Source: Tricharina praecox
Taxonomy: Eukaryota
DNA: 52,487 bases
Assembly (NCBI RefSeq): GCF_024521635.1
Contig: NW_026250462.1
Location: forward strand, 1 to 52,487
Direction: 5' to 3'
Numbering within the stretch: the stretch's first letter is position 1; each line of letters opens with the position of its first letter. Below the pieces are notes generated by a model, which saw only the letters and a program-made list of their open reading frames with translations, had not been told where the DNA came from and ran no database searches. The position numbers were made by a program, and so were the translations under genes. Below are positions 38,064 through 50,498 of this stretch, one piece after another.

Positions 38064-39783
38064 ATGCACCCACTTCGTCGTTTGTCCGCTTGGGGAGGCT
38101 CAACCACAGCAGTCCCAGTTCTCCCGGAAGGGAGGGAGAAGGATCAACAGCACCGCCACCGTCATCGCCTCCACTCGAGCGAAAAGAAATACGACACTCT
38201 CCCGCTGGGAGGAAACCGGCCGATCGTGACCACCGCCGTGAGCAGAATCACCACAGCCGACGAGAGGGAGAAGGAAAGAGAAAAGAGGCACCGCCGTCGC
38301 CGCCGCCATCAGCGCTCAGCAGACGTCTCGTCCGCTTCGTCGGTGGCTTCCGGATCGACCGGCAGCAGATCGTCCAGGTCGAGCAGAAAGTCGTCGCACC
38401 CCACCGAAGAACCGATCACGGGCGCAGTCGAGAAGCGCAAGAAGAGGTCATCTGCTGGCTTTGCCGAGACCGAGATGGATGCGGGGGTGTCGATCGTGTA
38501 TCCATACTCACCCACCAGCATCAACTCCACTCCAGCGTCTTCGCCTACAGAGCCCATAGGATTCTCGGCGGAACCACGACGGAGAGGAACGGATGGAAGT
38601 GGTGCGTGCATATACTCTTCTTTCTTTTTGTGATCTGTCCGTGACTGATTTTCGTGTAGTCACAAGTACTCCTGTCATCACCACTACCCCTCCGACGCCT
38701 ACTTCACCACTCGAGCAGGCACGGAAGAGAAATTCCCACAACGTAACCTTCCTCTCATCATCGCCATCCGAACCTCCGTACCCCATCACCCCGCCGCCCG
38801 CCGACTACAACATGGACTCGCGCTCGCGGAGATCTGAATACCTCGCCTACTCGCCCCCTCCCCTGAGCGACATCCACCCTGCCCTACGCCCCGGCTCGCC
38901 GAACCCGCCTCTGAGCCCGTCCTCACCTAACCCACCCACTGTTCTCCCCCTACGGCCACGAGCCAATACCACCCCCGGAGGTCCGCACATCCCCCCAGCC
39001 GGCTCCAATTTCCCGCCCCACCGCTCCACCTCTCATGCCTCCCATGCCTCCACCCCCTCCACCTCCAGCTCGTTGCCCCACCGCCTCCTCTCGCGAAAAG
39101 AAGACGCCTACCAAATGCTGCAGCGCTTCGACACCGTTCTCGTAGTGGACGACAGCGCCTCGATGACCGAGCACTGGGACGCGACACGCAAAGCGCTCGA
39201 GAGCGTCGCGACGGTGGCCTTGAAGCACGACCAAGACGGTCTAGACGTGTACTTCATGAACCACCCGGAGCACTCCGCATGGAACGTGCGGAGCGCGGCG
39301 CACATCCGCCGGCTATTCGCGCTCGTCGAGCCCAGCGGCATCACGCCGACGGGGGAGTGTCTCGACGATATCCTCCGCGACTACCTCGACCGCTACGCCG
39401 CCAGCAAGAACGCCTACACCCCCGCCTCCTCGCCTGTCTCCCCGCACGCACCCGCGTTGAAGCTGAAGCCGCTTAATATCCTGGTGCTGACGGATGGCGA
39501 GCCCACCGATGATCCCGAGAGCGTCATCGTCGACGCCGCCAGGCAACTGGAGAGGTTGAACGCCCCGCTGCATCAGGTGGGCATACAGTTTTTGCAGATT
39601 GGCGATGAGCCCGGGGCGAGAGAGGCGCTGGAAGAGCTCGATGATGCCCTGGCCGCTGTTCATGGAATCAGGGATATGGTCGATACTACTAGGTATTCGG
39701 CCGAGAATGGCGAGATCAGTGGAGAGGTGCTGCTTAAGGCTATGCTGGGCGGTGTTAATAGGAGGTTGGATCGGAAGGGGTAG
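38064..39783 (+). CDS. von Willebrand factor A domain protein with long S/P-rich N-terminus
   Basis: FDTVLVVDDSASM (MIDAS DxSxS), TPTG, LVLTDGEP, VGIQFLQIG, RDMVDT; intron ~38603-38659. Confidence 0.92.
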
Positions 39784-40227
39784 TTTCTTTTTTTCTTAGC
39801 GGTTTTGTTGCATTGTTGAAGGGTGGCTTCTTGTTTTTTTTCTTCTCTTGGAGTACGGATGGATGGGTGGACGAGTGATTTATCAGGTGTTTTGCGGTTC
39901 TGTTTTGGTTCTGTTTTTGGTGCGGTTGGATGATACGTTATGACTTTTACGTCTCTCTTCTTTACGAATGAATGAATGAGTGGAATGAGTGGGGCTTGAT
40001 CATTTCATGGTATTTATTGGCATTACTCTAGTAAGGTTAGATATGAGCAGATGCTACGTTATGACTTTTATTTGACTTTTCTTTATGTACGGATGAGTGG
40101 AACCTGATTTCATGGTACTGGGTTAGATATGATTAGAGACGTAGATATAGCAACGAATACCGCTCACCCCTCATCCGCTACTCAAAGTGCACGGAGTCGG
40201 AGGAGTGCCTGTAGTCAACCTGTATTT

Positions 40228-40312
40228 AACCCATCCTCGTAAACTCCTCCTCATAAACCCATCCTTGTAAACCCATCCTCGTAAACCCATCCTCGTAAAC
40301 CCATCCCGTAAA
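40228..40312. repeat. Degenerate 14-bp tandem repeat AAACCCATCCTCGT (~6 units)
   Basis: Direct reading. Confidence 0.85.
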
Positions 40313-40872
40313 CGTCTCCGAAGCCGGGATAAAATTATCATCGCAGCGGATGTTGCGAATGTCTCGCCGAGCTTCCCCTCGGGAGACACCTCGGATAGGA
40401 CTGGAAGCCCGCCCAAGCTCGCAAGAAACGAAGTAATAACCAAAAACCGAGCAGTCCAGCAGCAGCGACAATACTTCGCGATAAGTACTTAGACAGCGTT
40501 TGCCAACAATCAGCAGTTTTAGCCTGTCGGAGATGACTCTAAACGATGGGGTAGTCAGGCACAGTCACGGGCACATGCACGCGGTATCACTCGCATGAAA
40601 ACCCATGTCGGTTGTTGATATTATGCGTCTTCTTGCCTATTCCGTCGGTGTCAGTGGTTCTTTCTCCATTCTTTGTCATTTTGCATCGGCGCATAAGCAG
40701 CCTTCATGGCCACTGTGGCTTCTCTAGTACATGAGCTGGTTTCCTTTATGTAAGGGCAGGCTTATTTTTTGTCTGTCTCATGTTATCTACAGCAAACAAG
40801 CAAGTCAAGGTTTTCTCTCAGTTTCAACGGGTGAAACGGTGAAACGAGTGATGGGCTGTGAATATATTTTGC

Positions 40873-41031
40873 TGTTATGAGGACAGGTTGGGTCTATTAG
40901 GACATCGTGTAGCAATCTTGTTGGTTTCCCGGATTCACTTACTTGACTATTTCATCTGCACAGAGCAAAAATAATCAACTGTTTCCCCCCCACTCACGGA
41001 ACGTTGGCTACTCATCACTCAGGTACCAGGC
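40873..41031 (-). mobile_element. Probable 3' end of Gypsy copy E (pol C-terminus, PPT, possible LTR remnant)
   Basis: Joining across TSD CAGGC gives ...DYRLVPE* (cf. copy D RDYWLTDE*), then PPT-like GAGTGGGGGGAAAC; LTR extent uncertain. Confidence 0.5.
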
Positions 41032-41725
41032 TGTGAGACTGGAACAAGTTTGCGTCGTCGGAGTCTATGGTAGTATCGAGTGTAGAATAAAAGTCAGGGA
41101 TTTCGATAATTCACAACTGAATAATCTTAAGGGTGTTTCTTCGATGGTTTGTTCGGTGCGATGATTGTGGTTTTTTTGGTTCGATTGCACGCTCGGTTCG
41201 ACTGATAGGCGTTCCGATCCTCAGTACGTGATTTCTCTAGAGTGCGGCCTAACATAGCTCCGTTGCTTCCTTTGCATCGGAGTTCCGCGGCCTAGCCTCG
41301 AGTCGTCGTCAGCTCTCTTCGGATAGTCTTCTCGATTAGGCAGGTGGTAAACACCACGCGCCCAAGATAGATCGGAGTTTCCGAGCAATTATCTCCCTCA
41401 TGCGCCGGCAGAGTTCTTCGCTCGAAGTTGTCTGCCCTCATCGGTCGATGTTCGATTCTCTTGTCATAACAGTTTTTCCCTGGATCGGAGTTCCTACTGC
41501 GGGGCCCTATGAACGGAGATCTCAAAGTCCTCTGGACTGTTATCCCGATCTCCCGCATCTCCGATCACTGTCTAGACTCTGGAATCCGTTTGCTCCCTCC
41601 TTCCTATCTTGTCCTTGTTCGCTTCTAACTATCCTTTCGGCTCGCAACTCTATTCTAATCACCCGGACTATCTGATCACATCTCTTGCGACCGTTGTGAC
41701 CTCCGATACCTATCGGGGTGTCACA
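41032..41725 (-). repeat. 3' LTR of copy D (694 bp)
   Basis: TG...CA termini, adjacent PPT. Confidence 0.97.
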
Positions 41726-41867
41726 CCATCTCCCCTCCCACGAGGCTTCGGCCCAAAGCACCCAAGTCCTCGCCTTTATCCTAACTTTGATAACTGTGGA
41801 TGAAGTCCTCCATCCCCTTCATCCTACTACCTGCCCGAGTTCGAGAAAACCACATGGGAAAAAACTC

Positions 41868-44800
41868 TTACTCATCTGTGAGCCAGTAGTCCCTCGGCGC
41901 ATCGGGATTTTTGCCATGAAACTCGCGTAGCTCTTCCCGACCGCCTACTGAAAAGTTTTCGAATGGCTCGTTCGTCCAGTCCCGTCGTTCGGGGTAGTTG
42001 AGCCATTTCACGAGGTAGAGCACTCGTCGACATTTCTTCGAGCTGCCCATAACCTCATCGACGTCGTATTCTTCGTTGCCTTCCACATCATCGGCCGGTC
42101 GTAAGATTTGCGAGGTATCCGGTGGTGCTTGGGTGCCGGCTCGGAACGGTTCAACGAGCGAGACGTGAAAGACATTATGAATCTTCCACTTCCTTGGCAG
42201 AGTGACCTTGACAGCGAGCGGCGATACGATCTTCTCGATTTGGAAGGGACCATGGTTCTTGTGGTCCAACTTCCGCGAGGGTCGGCGGGTTTGAATGTTC
42301 TGCCCGTTGAGCATTACCAAGTCTCCTACTTGATAAGCCGGTGCCTCCTGACGATGTTGATCTGCATACTTGCGCATTCGTTCCCGCGTTCCTTCTAGGG
42401 TCTTGATGTTGTCCTCATGGACTGTATGCATCCAGTGAGCGTAGACCTTGCTGGCGGAGTTGAGAGAATTTGCCGCAGCAGGGTTTGTCGCCGACGGGTG
42501 ATATCCGAAATTCGCATAGAATGGTGACATTCCAGTTGCCGGTGTAACCGAGTTGTTGTAGGCAAACTCAGCCATCGGTAGGAGATTCACCCAACCGTTC
42601 TGTTCGTAGTTGACGAAGGAGCGGAGGTATGCTTCAATCGTGTGGTTGAGGCGTTCCGTTTGTCCATCCGTCTGTGGGTGGAACGCTGTTGACATCTGGG
42701 GCTTAATGCCTAGCAGCCTGATGAATTCTTTCCATGTACCCAAGGTAAACCTTGAGTCTCGATCCGACACTATGTCTGCTGGTAATCCGTGAAAGCGCCA
42801 TATCTCCCGGGCGAAAATCTTCGCGAGATCCTCGGCTATCTTTCCATCCTTAGGTAGGGGGATGAAATGCGCCATCTTGGTGAAGCGGTTGACGACCACC
42901 CATAGCTGGTCGCATCTGTTGGATTCCGGTAGGTCAGTAATGAAGTCTATGGCTATTGATTGCCATGGGGTGTATGGTAACTCGAGGGGATTGAGTAGTG
43001 CATACGGCTGGTGCCTTGTTGCTTTGTCCTTCTGACACTGCCCGCAAGTCCGGACGGAGTCTATAATCTGCTCGTCCATCTTTGGCGACCAGAAATTGCG
43101 TCGGATAAGTTCGATAGTCTTGTCCTGGCCCATATTCTCTGCGGATTTCGTATCGTGTTCCGACTCGAGGATGTGTCTGACGAGTTCCTTGTCGTCTGGT
43201 ACCCATAGCCTTTCTTTCCTATACAGGCACGCCTCTTCTATCCTCAAAATCCTGGCCTTTCGACCCATCCTGCTGGAGTCCCTACTCTCGGCGGCCAGTT
43301 CACAGGCCTTTCGGCCCTCCGACTCAGTGTCCTTCTGAGCCGCGTCCTCGTTCGTGTCCTTGAAGCTACTCAGAGCCTCCTGATACCCAGCATCTTCCTT
43401 TCCTGCCTTCCTGACCCAACCCAGAAATTCTTCATTCCACTTTGGCACGGGGATAGATTGTAGCCGAGTTGACGAAACCAGGAACATGGTGCTTTCGCCT
43501 CCGGTGCTGATTGATTAAACTCTCGAATCGTCACCTGCAAAGTGTGATTTATGCAGGATCGTCGTAATCGGCTGATCTTCACCCCCCCCTTTTTCAGGGC
43601 GGTACTCCCGGCGCCTGGATAATGCATCAGGCTTGCCGTTCTGGCTGCCGGGCCGGTAGTAGATTTTGAAGTCGATGCCAGCGAGTTCTTGTGCCCATGT
43701 CGCCTGCCGTCCATAGAGTACTTTCGTAGTTGTGAAGTACTCAAGGTTCTGGTGGTCGCTGTACACCTGGATCTGGTGTTTTGCTCCCTCGAGGTATTGC
43801 CGCCAGCGTTTGAAAGAGTCTACTATCGCGAGTAGTTCCTTATCGTGAATCTCGAAGTTGATTTCAGCTGGGGCAAACTTTCTTGAGTGGAACGCAACCG
43901 GGTGTAACTTCCCATCCTCTGCCCTTTGAGACAGGACTGCGCCCAACGCGAAGTCCGAAGCGTCGGATTCCACCACGACAGGTAGTTCTGGGTTGTAGTG
44001 CCCGAGAATCGGTGCCGTGGTGAACCTAGACTTCAGCTCTGCGAAGGCCAGTTCCATCTCCCCTGTCCATCTTCAATCTTTCCGTTTTTCTTTTGTGCTC
44101 TCGGTCAAGGGTCTCGTGATCTTTGAGAAATCCTTGATGAAGCGCCCGTAAAAATTGGCGAACCCAAGAAAGGCTGGTACCCTCCTTGAGGGACCGCGGC
44201 GCCTCCCACAAGAGCACAGATTCCACCTTGTCCTTAGCCATCTCAATTCCATCTTGGGATATCACGTATCCTAGGAACTTGACTCTCCCTGTCGCTCAGA
44301 CACACTTCTCTGGTGAGATTGCCAACTTATTTTCTTCCAACCTCTTTAGTACCTCGATGACTATCTTGTCATGCTCCTCGTGCGTCTTAGCATAGATGAG
44401 GAGGTCATCGATGTATGCGACCAGTCCCAGGTCCAACATATTCCGAAATATGTGGTTGATCATGTCCTGAAACTTCGCTGGAGCGTTGGTCAGCCCAAAC
44501 GGCATGACCAAAAACTCAAATAGTCCGTATCGACAGCGGAAAGCCGTCTTCTACTCGTCACCTTCCTTGATGCGGATAAGGTGATAGCCATTCTTCAGAT
44601 CAATCTTGGTGAAGACTTTCGCACCCCTGACTCGGTCTTGCAACTCTGCCATAATTGGGAGTGGGTAGCGATTGACTACGGTAATCTTGTTGATACCGCG
44701 ATAGTCGACACACAATTGGAGACCCCTGCCGTGCGCCTTTGGTACAAATAATATCGGCGCCCCGGCTGGTCATTTTGGATCTTCGAATCTTGCGTGTTTG

Positions 44801-45679
44801 GAGTATCTGCTTGAGCCACTCCCTGAGGGACTCAAGTTCTTTCTCTGACAGCGCATAGATAGGACCCCATGGAGGAGTCTCTCCTTCCTTGAGATCGATT
44901 GCGTGGTCGTAGGACTTGTGGTCGGGAAGCTTATCGGCTGCTTCCTTGCTCATGATGTTGGCATATCGTCTGAACTTCTCCGGAAGCAGATTCATGGGTG
45001 GATCTGATTCCGGGCCAGCTGAGACGTATCCAATAATGCGAGCCTCCGAATTGTGAATGACAGACGTGTCAAGTTCCATCGGAAAGCTGGTTGCTTGTTG
45101 CAAGGTGCATTGTTCCTTGCATCGGGTGCTGGTGAAGCGAATTTTCTGTGCTTCATTCTCCCACAACCCTGTCGGTTCATGCTTAGCCATCCACCAATAC
45201 GGGAGGTAGGCATCGCAGTCGTCCAAGGGAGCCACTTCGAAGGTTTCGTTGGTGTAGTGTCTCCGGTGTTTAAGGGGCATCGGCATTGTATAATATTCCC
45301 CGGCTCCTTCCACTATGGTTCCGTAGAAGTGCTTGATTTCCACCGGCCTGGGTCGTGGAATGAGGGGCAACCCAAGTTCCAGCGCAAGGCTTCGTTTGAT
45401 GATCGGAATGGCACATCCCGTGTCGAGGACTACTCGGATCCGTCGTCGCTTGTGCTGAGACCAGAGGAGCATCATTTCTATGATTGGTCGTGGTCCGCTG
45501 ACAGGTTTTGGGGGCTCACACCCTGAGGCGCTCAGCGCGGTTGGACTCGTAGAAATAGGTTGGTCCGTTCGTCTTCGCTTTTCTCTGGATTCGCTGTCGA
45601 CATCCCGAAGCCGTGGTGTCTTCGTTCCGCAAATATATACACCTGGCCGCCCAGTCTGCGGAGTGCTGGGGCCGCTCAA
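41868..45679 (-). pseudogene. Copy D pol (PR, RT, RNase H, integrase, chromodomain), with stops/frameshifts
   Basis: VLDTGCA, YIDD, ESDASD, IDFITDLP, VSDRD, GQTER, GPF, YLVKW motifs across five ORF pieces. Confidence 0.96.
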
Positions 45680-47677
45680 AAATCCTCCGGCTCGCTCTCA
45701 TTCCTCTCCCGGGATGGAGGGGCCTCCGTCATTGCTTCATCCTCTACCACAACCGCCGCAGCCTTGTGTTGATTGGACCTCGGTCGAGATGGTTCGGGAT
45801 CCTGGGTGTCGCGCTTTCTCTTTGTCACGGACAACACCTTTGGACTCTCAGGAAGTTCGGTACCCGCGTCTGTTTTTCTGGCGTAGCATTGGAAGGTTCG
45901 GTGGCCGTCACGTCCGCAACGCCAATAGTTGCACTTGGACGCTTTGTGGGCATCGATCTCCTTCTGGGGAACCCCTACCAGATCCTCCTTTGCTCCTGCG
46001 TAGATGTCCCCTTCCCTTGTCCTTCCCTTCCTGACCCCTGTTGCTTCCTTGGCCTTTCGGCCCTCCGGGGACTCCCCGCTTTCCTTGCTGCCCCCGGGGT
46101 CTCTGCCCTTTCCTTGGCCCTGCCGGCCGTTGCCTGGTCCCTTCCGGTCGCCGCCGGAACCCTGGCCACCCGATCCCCCTTTCCTCATCCTCCGTGCCTT
46201 CTTCAGCGCATCCCGCCGTTCCACATGGTTGCTAGCCCTGAGCACCGTTTCCAGGAAGTCTTCATCGTCTTCGTAGGGTTCGGTGTGCTGGTTGAAGCAC
46301 ATGTCGACGATGTCGGTGGTCATGGCCTGGTTGACTATGTCTTGTAGCGGTTCGCCGGTGGCGCGAGTGATCATGTTGAGTGATCGGAAGGAGCTCATGT
46401 AAGCATGGATGTCTCCTTTGTATTTGAGGGCCCACATCCTTCTTAATGCGTTCGCTCCTTCCTGCGTGTCGCGGTACGCCTCCTTTAGTGCCTCTTGGTA
46501 CGCCTGCCACGTATCTTCCAAGTGTAGCTGCCTCAGGCTATTTCGACGCGCCTGATGCCATTCTGCCGCTGTTCCTTCCAGTCGGGATCCCACCCACGCT
46601 ATCTTCTGCTGCTCGGTTGTCTCTGGGTGGAACTTAAGATATTCTTCAACTGAGTCCCACCATGGACGGAAGGCTGTCCTTTGCTTGCCATCGAACGGCT
46701 TGGGCTCTTTCATCTTAAGCTTGATGGTCCTCGGGTTAGATGCGGAGACGGCAGCAGCGATGATCTGAGCGAAGCGACTCTCTTCGTCTTCGCCGCCTTT
46801 TCTTGGTAGCGGAGCGTTACGGCGACGGGGTGGTGAACGACGCGGCAAGGGGATGAAATCGCCATCATCCGATGGTTCCTCATCCGAGGGATCACCTCCA
46901 AGGTTAGTCACCGGACGTCTTGGGGGTGGAGGAGCAGGGGACATTCCTGCACCTGCTGGAGTTTCCCTTGTTGCTGATCTTTCTGCCCGCGATCCTCCTC
47001 TTGTTGGTGTTTGCCCACTCTGGGGCTTTTTCCTTCGCCTTTCCTGTCCTTACCTCTACAGCCTTCAATTTTTTCTCCGCTCGAGCGATTTTTTCCTTGA
47101 TTCGCTGTTGCTCCTTGTAGAGGTATTCTGCCTTCTCTTCCTGTTTCCCTGCCCATATTTCGACGTTGCGGTTATACACCGTTTGCTGCCTGCGTTGTTC
47201 GACTTGCGCCGTTTCGTGGAACACGATGGCGTCTTGTAGCCGAGTGTTTGAGACGCTTTGCAGCTCGCAGTTGTCTTCGCCTTTCTGGTTACGTTCTCGA
47301 ATGACTGCCCATACGTCGCTGCTCAGGGCGTGCGTCACGTTCGCTACCGTTGACAGCTCGGTTCGAAGTCATCCTGTATTCATTTTGGCATTGTGAGCGT
47401 GGAGGTTGTACACATACTTGACCCCATCGCAGAGTTGTTCGTAGTTCCTTCTGATTTCCTGCATTCGGGAGTCCTCTTCGTTGAACTTCTGACCGCATGG
47501 TTGGTAAAGTTGGCGCAGGTCTCTTCATGCCGTTTGGTATTGGTGGTTCATCAGCCTGAGCCAGGCTGCCGGGTTTCGTACTTCGACGGTTTCGGATGCT
47601 TGCGGGATGCTAACGAGCGCATTGCTCAGGGTCTGAGGAAGTTCGAGGCGGAGCATGTCGAGGTTTGAAGAGGACAT
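45676..47677 (-). pseudogene. Copy D gag (premature stop ~47526, frameshift ~47005)
   Basis: ATG 47677; aligns with open gag of copy F; zinc knuckle first Cys mutated. Confidence 0.93.
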
Positions 47678-47715
47678 TTCGATAGAAATCTGTGACTGTA
47701 ACCTTAAGATTATAG

Positions 47716-48355
47716 TGTGAGACTGGAACGGGTTTGGGTCGTCGGAGTCTATGGTAGTATCGACTGTAGAATAAAAGTCAGGGATTTCGATAATTCACAA
47801 CTGAATAATCTTAAGGGTGTTTCTTCGATGGTTTGTTCGGTGCGATGATTGTGGTTTTTTTGGTTCGATTGCACGCTCGGTTCGACTGATAGGCGTTCCG
47901 ATCCTCAGCACGTGATTTCTCTAGAGTGCGGCCTAACGTAGCTCCGTTGCTTCCTTTGCATCGGAGTTCCGCGGCCTAGCCTCGAGTCGTTGTCAGCTCT
48001 CTTCGCATAGTCTTCTCGACTAGGTAGGTGGTAACTGGCAGAGGTCTTCGCTCAAAGTTCTCTGCCCCCATAGGTCGATGTTCGATTCTCTTGTCATAAC
48101 AGTTTTTCCCTGGATCGGAGTTCCTACTGCGGGGCCCTATGAACGGAGATCTCAAAGTCCTCTGGACTGTTATCCCGATCTCCCGCATCTCCGATCACTG
48201 TCTAGACTCTGGAATCCGTTTGCTCCCTCCTTCCTATCTTGTCCTTGTTCGCTTCTAACTATCCTTTCGGCTCGCAACTCGATTCTAATCAGCCGAACTA
48301 TCTAATCACATCTCTTGCGACCGTCGTGACCTCCGATACCTATTGGGGTGTCACA
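47716..48355 (-). repeat. 5' LTR of copy D (640 bp; 54-bp internal deletion)
   Basis: Matches 41032-41725 except deletion near 48034. Confidence 0.97.
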
Positions 48356-49769
48356 CAGGCGGTAATCAACGTCGTTTCCTCTAAGAATCAATCGATTTGG
48401 GATTGCGGTGGAGCTTGACATTGAAGCTGCTAGTGGATTATTGTAACGGGACGGTCGAGCAAGGCTCCAGGTAGCCAAGCCGGGCGGGTGGTTGGGTACT
48501 GGGTCCGGCAGAGGCAAGACTGGTTCTGTCACGGCACAGTCGGGCAAGGCTCCAGGTAGCGAAGCCAGGCTGGGGATCAGGTTCTGGGCTTGGTAGAGGC
48601 AAGACTGGTTCAGGGGACAAGGTGAGGCAGGGCTCAGTATGGAGGTCCATCCAGGGGATTCCGAGTACAACGGGGTAGTGGCCTAGTTTGGTGAAAAACA
48701 TAGGGATTTCTTCGTGGCGTTCCTGTATGGACAGGGTGGTGGTGGCAACATGTGTGATGTCACCTGACCCGATGGGACGGCCATCAATGACTTCGAGACT
48801 TCGCGGGGATTTCAGGGGTGCGAGGGGTAGGTGGTGATGGCAGGCGATGTCTTTGCCTACAACTGCAATTCTGGTTGCCCCACAGTCGATCAGCGCATGC
48901 GTGCCAATGGTTTTGTCACCAACGAAAGGTTACACAATACAACAAGATGTTTTTCTTCCTTTGATGATTCTTCCACAACCATTCCTGACACTGAGAGACT
49001 AGACAAACGAAAAATAGGGGACATAGGAGACAAAGACTTATCCTGGGTACGATCAACCACAGTGCCATCAAGCAGTTGTCGGTCTAGGCTTTTTCCGACT
49101 GCTGGGAGGTCTCGCCGCAATCCTGGTTGCAGTTGTGATAGGTGTGAGCCGGGGTGCTGTTGGTGGGCTCGGCTGACTCTAGCCGGGCAACAGCTGCTCG
49201 GAAGGGATTTTGATTCTTGTTGGGGCAGTGCCTGGCCATGTGGCTACTTCCCCCACAGTACAGACAGCGGCCTTCGCGGAGCCGGGCGGCACGCTCTTGG
49301 TCTGAGATCCTGCGGCTGTTTGCACTCAAGTCCATGGCTGCGGGGGCCGTTCCTGTGGCAGTGGTCGTCGCCGGCATGGTGTTCTTGGTGGTGTGCCTGA
49401 GCGGCGCCGTGATTTGTGTAGCGCTTCCCTGCCGAGCAGAATTGGTGGTGCGGTGTCTTTCACAAAGTTGGAGGGCACGCAGCTCGGAGTCAAGGCGTTG
49501 ACAGAGGGGCACAAACTCATCGTAGTTGAGGCCCTGAGTACGGCCCACAAGTTGCCAGTGGAGTTCGATGGATACTCCTTCTCGCAGCGCGTCAAGCTTC
49601 GCATGCTTGTCCCAATTGAGCTTGGAGACAAGCATCTGGAATTCCGCAAAGTAGGAGGTGAACTCCTTATTGCCTTATTTCAGGTGGTGCAGCTTGGCTC
49701 GAGCGGTGGCCGCTGGGTCATGATCACCAAATGCGTTGTCCAGCAGTGTGATGATCGCATCAGCGTCGG
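48356..49769 (-). mobile_element. Different-family Gypsy copy E remnant (gag C-terminus, protease), host of D and F
   Basis: AMDLS...RLREGRCLYCGGSSHMARHC knuckle; HALIDCGAT protease; TKLGHYPVVLGIPW; ~85-bp tandem duplication 48459-48620. Confidence 0.9.
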
Positions 49770-50461
49770 TGTGACACACCGATAGGTATCGGAGGTCACG
49801 ACGGTCGCAAGAGATGTGATTAGATAGTTCGGGTGATTAGAATAGAGTTGCGAGCCGAAAGGATAGTTAGAAGCGATCAAGGACAAGATAGGAAGGAGGG
49901 AGCAAACGGATTCCAGAGTCTAGACAGTGATCGGAGATGCGGGAGATCGGGATAACAGTCCAGAGGACTTTGAGATCTCCGATCATAGGGCCCCGCAGTA
50001 GGAACTCTGATCCAGGAAAAAACTGTTATGACGAGAGAATCGAACATCGACCGATGGGGGCAGACAACTTCGAGCGAAGAACTCTGCCGGCGCATGAGGG
50101 AGATAATTGCTCGGAAACTCCGATCTATCTTGGGCGCGTGGTGTTTACCACCTGCCTAGTCGAGAAGACTATCCGAAGAGAGCTGACGGCGACTCAAGGC
50201 TAGGCCGCGGAACTCCGATGCAAAGGAAGCAACGGTGCTACGTTAGGCCGCACTCTAGAGGAATCACGTGCTGAGGATCGGGACGACTATAAGTCGAACC
50301 GAGCGGGCAACCGAACAAACTACAATCATCGCACCGAACAAACCATCGAACACAACACCCTTAAGATTATTCCGTTGTGAATTATCGAAATCCCTGACTT
50401 TTATTCTATCCTCGATTTTACTATAGACTCCGACGACACAAACCCGTCCCAGTCTCACACT

Positions 50462-50473
50462 ATAATCTTAAGG
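50462..50473 (+). promoter_or_regulatory. Self-priming PBS ATAATCTTAAGG
   Basis: Exact complement of LTR 50359-50370; same pair in copy D (47702-47713 / 47805-47816). Confidence 0.8.
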
Positions 50474-50498
50474 TTACAGTCACCGATTTCTATCGAAA

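Larger units (their letters stand above)
41032..48355 (-). mobile_element. Full-length Ty3/Gypsy chromovirus copy D (7324 bp), coding-degenerate
   Basis: LTRs 41032-41725 and 47716-48355, TSD CAGGC at 41027-41031/48356-48360, PPT 41726-41740, order gag-PR-RT-RH-IN-chromodomain. Confidence 0.98.

Noticed and set aside
7083..41031. Starship or giant composite transposon bounded by the TE nests
   Set aside because: No tyrosine recombinase captain; LTRs resolve into separate elements (D has its own TSD); interior genes look like ordinary chromosomal genes
43515..43517. Programmed readthrough stop between RNase H and integrase
   Set aside because: Copy A has a sense codon at this position, so it is a mutation
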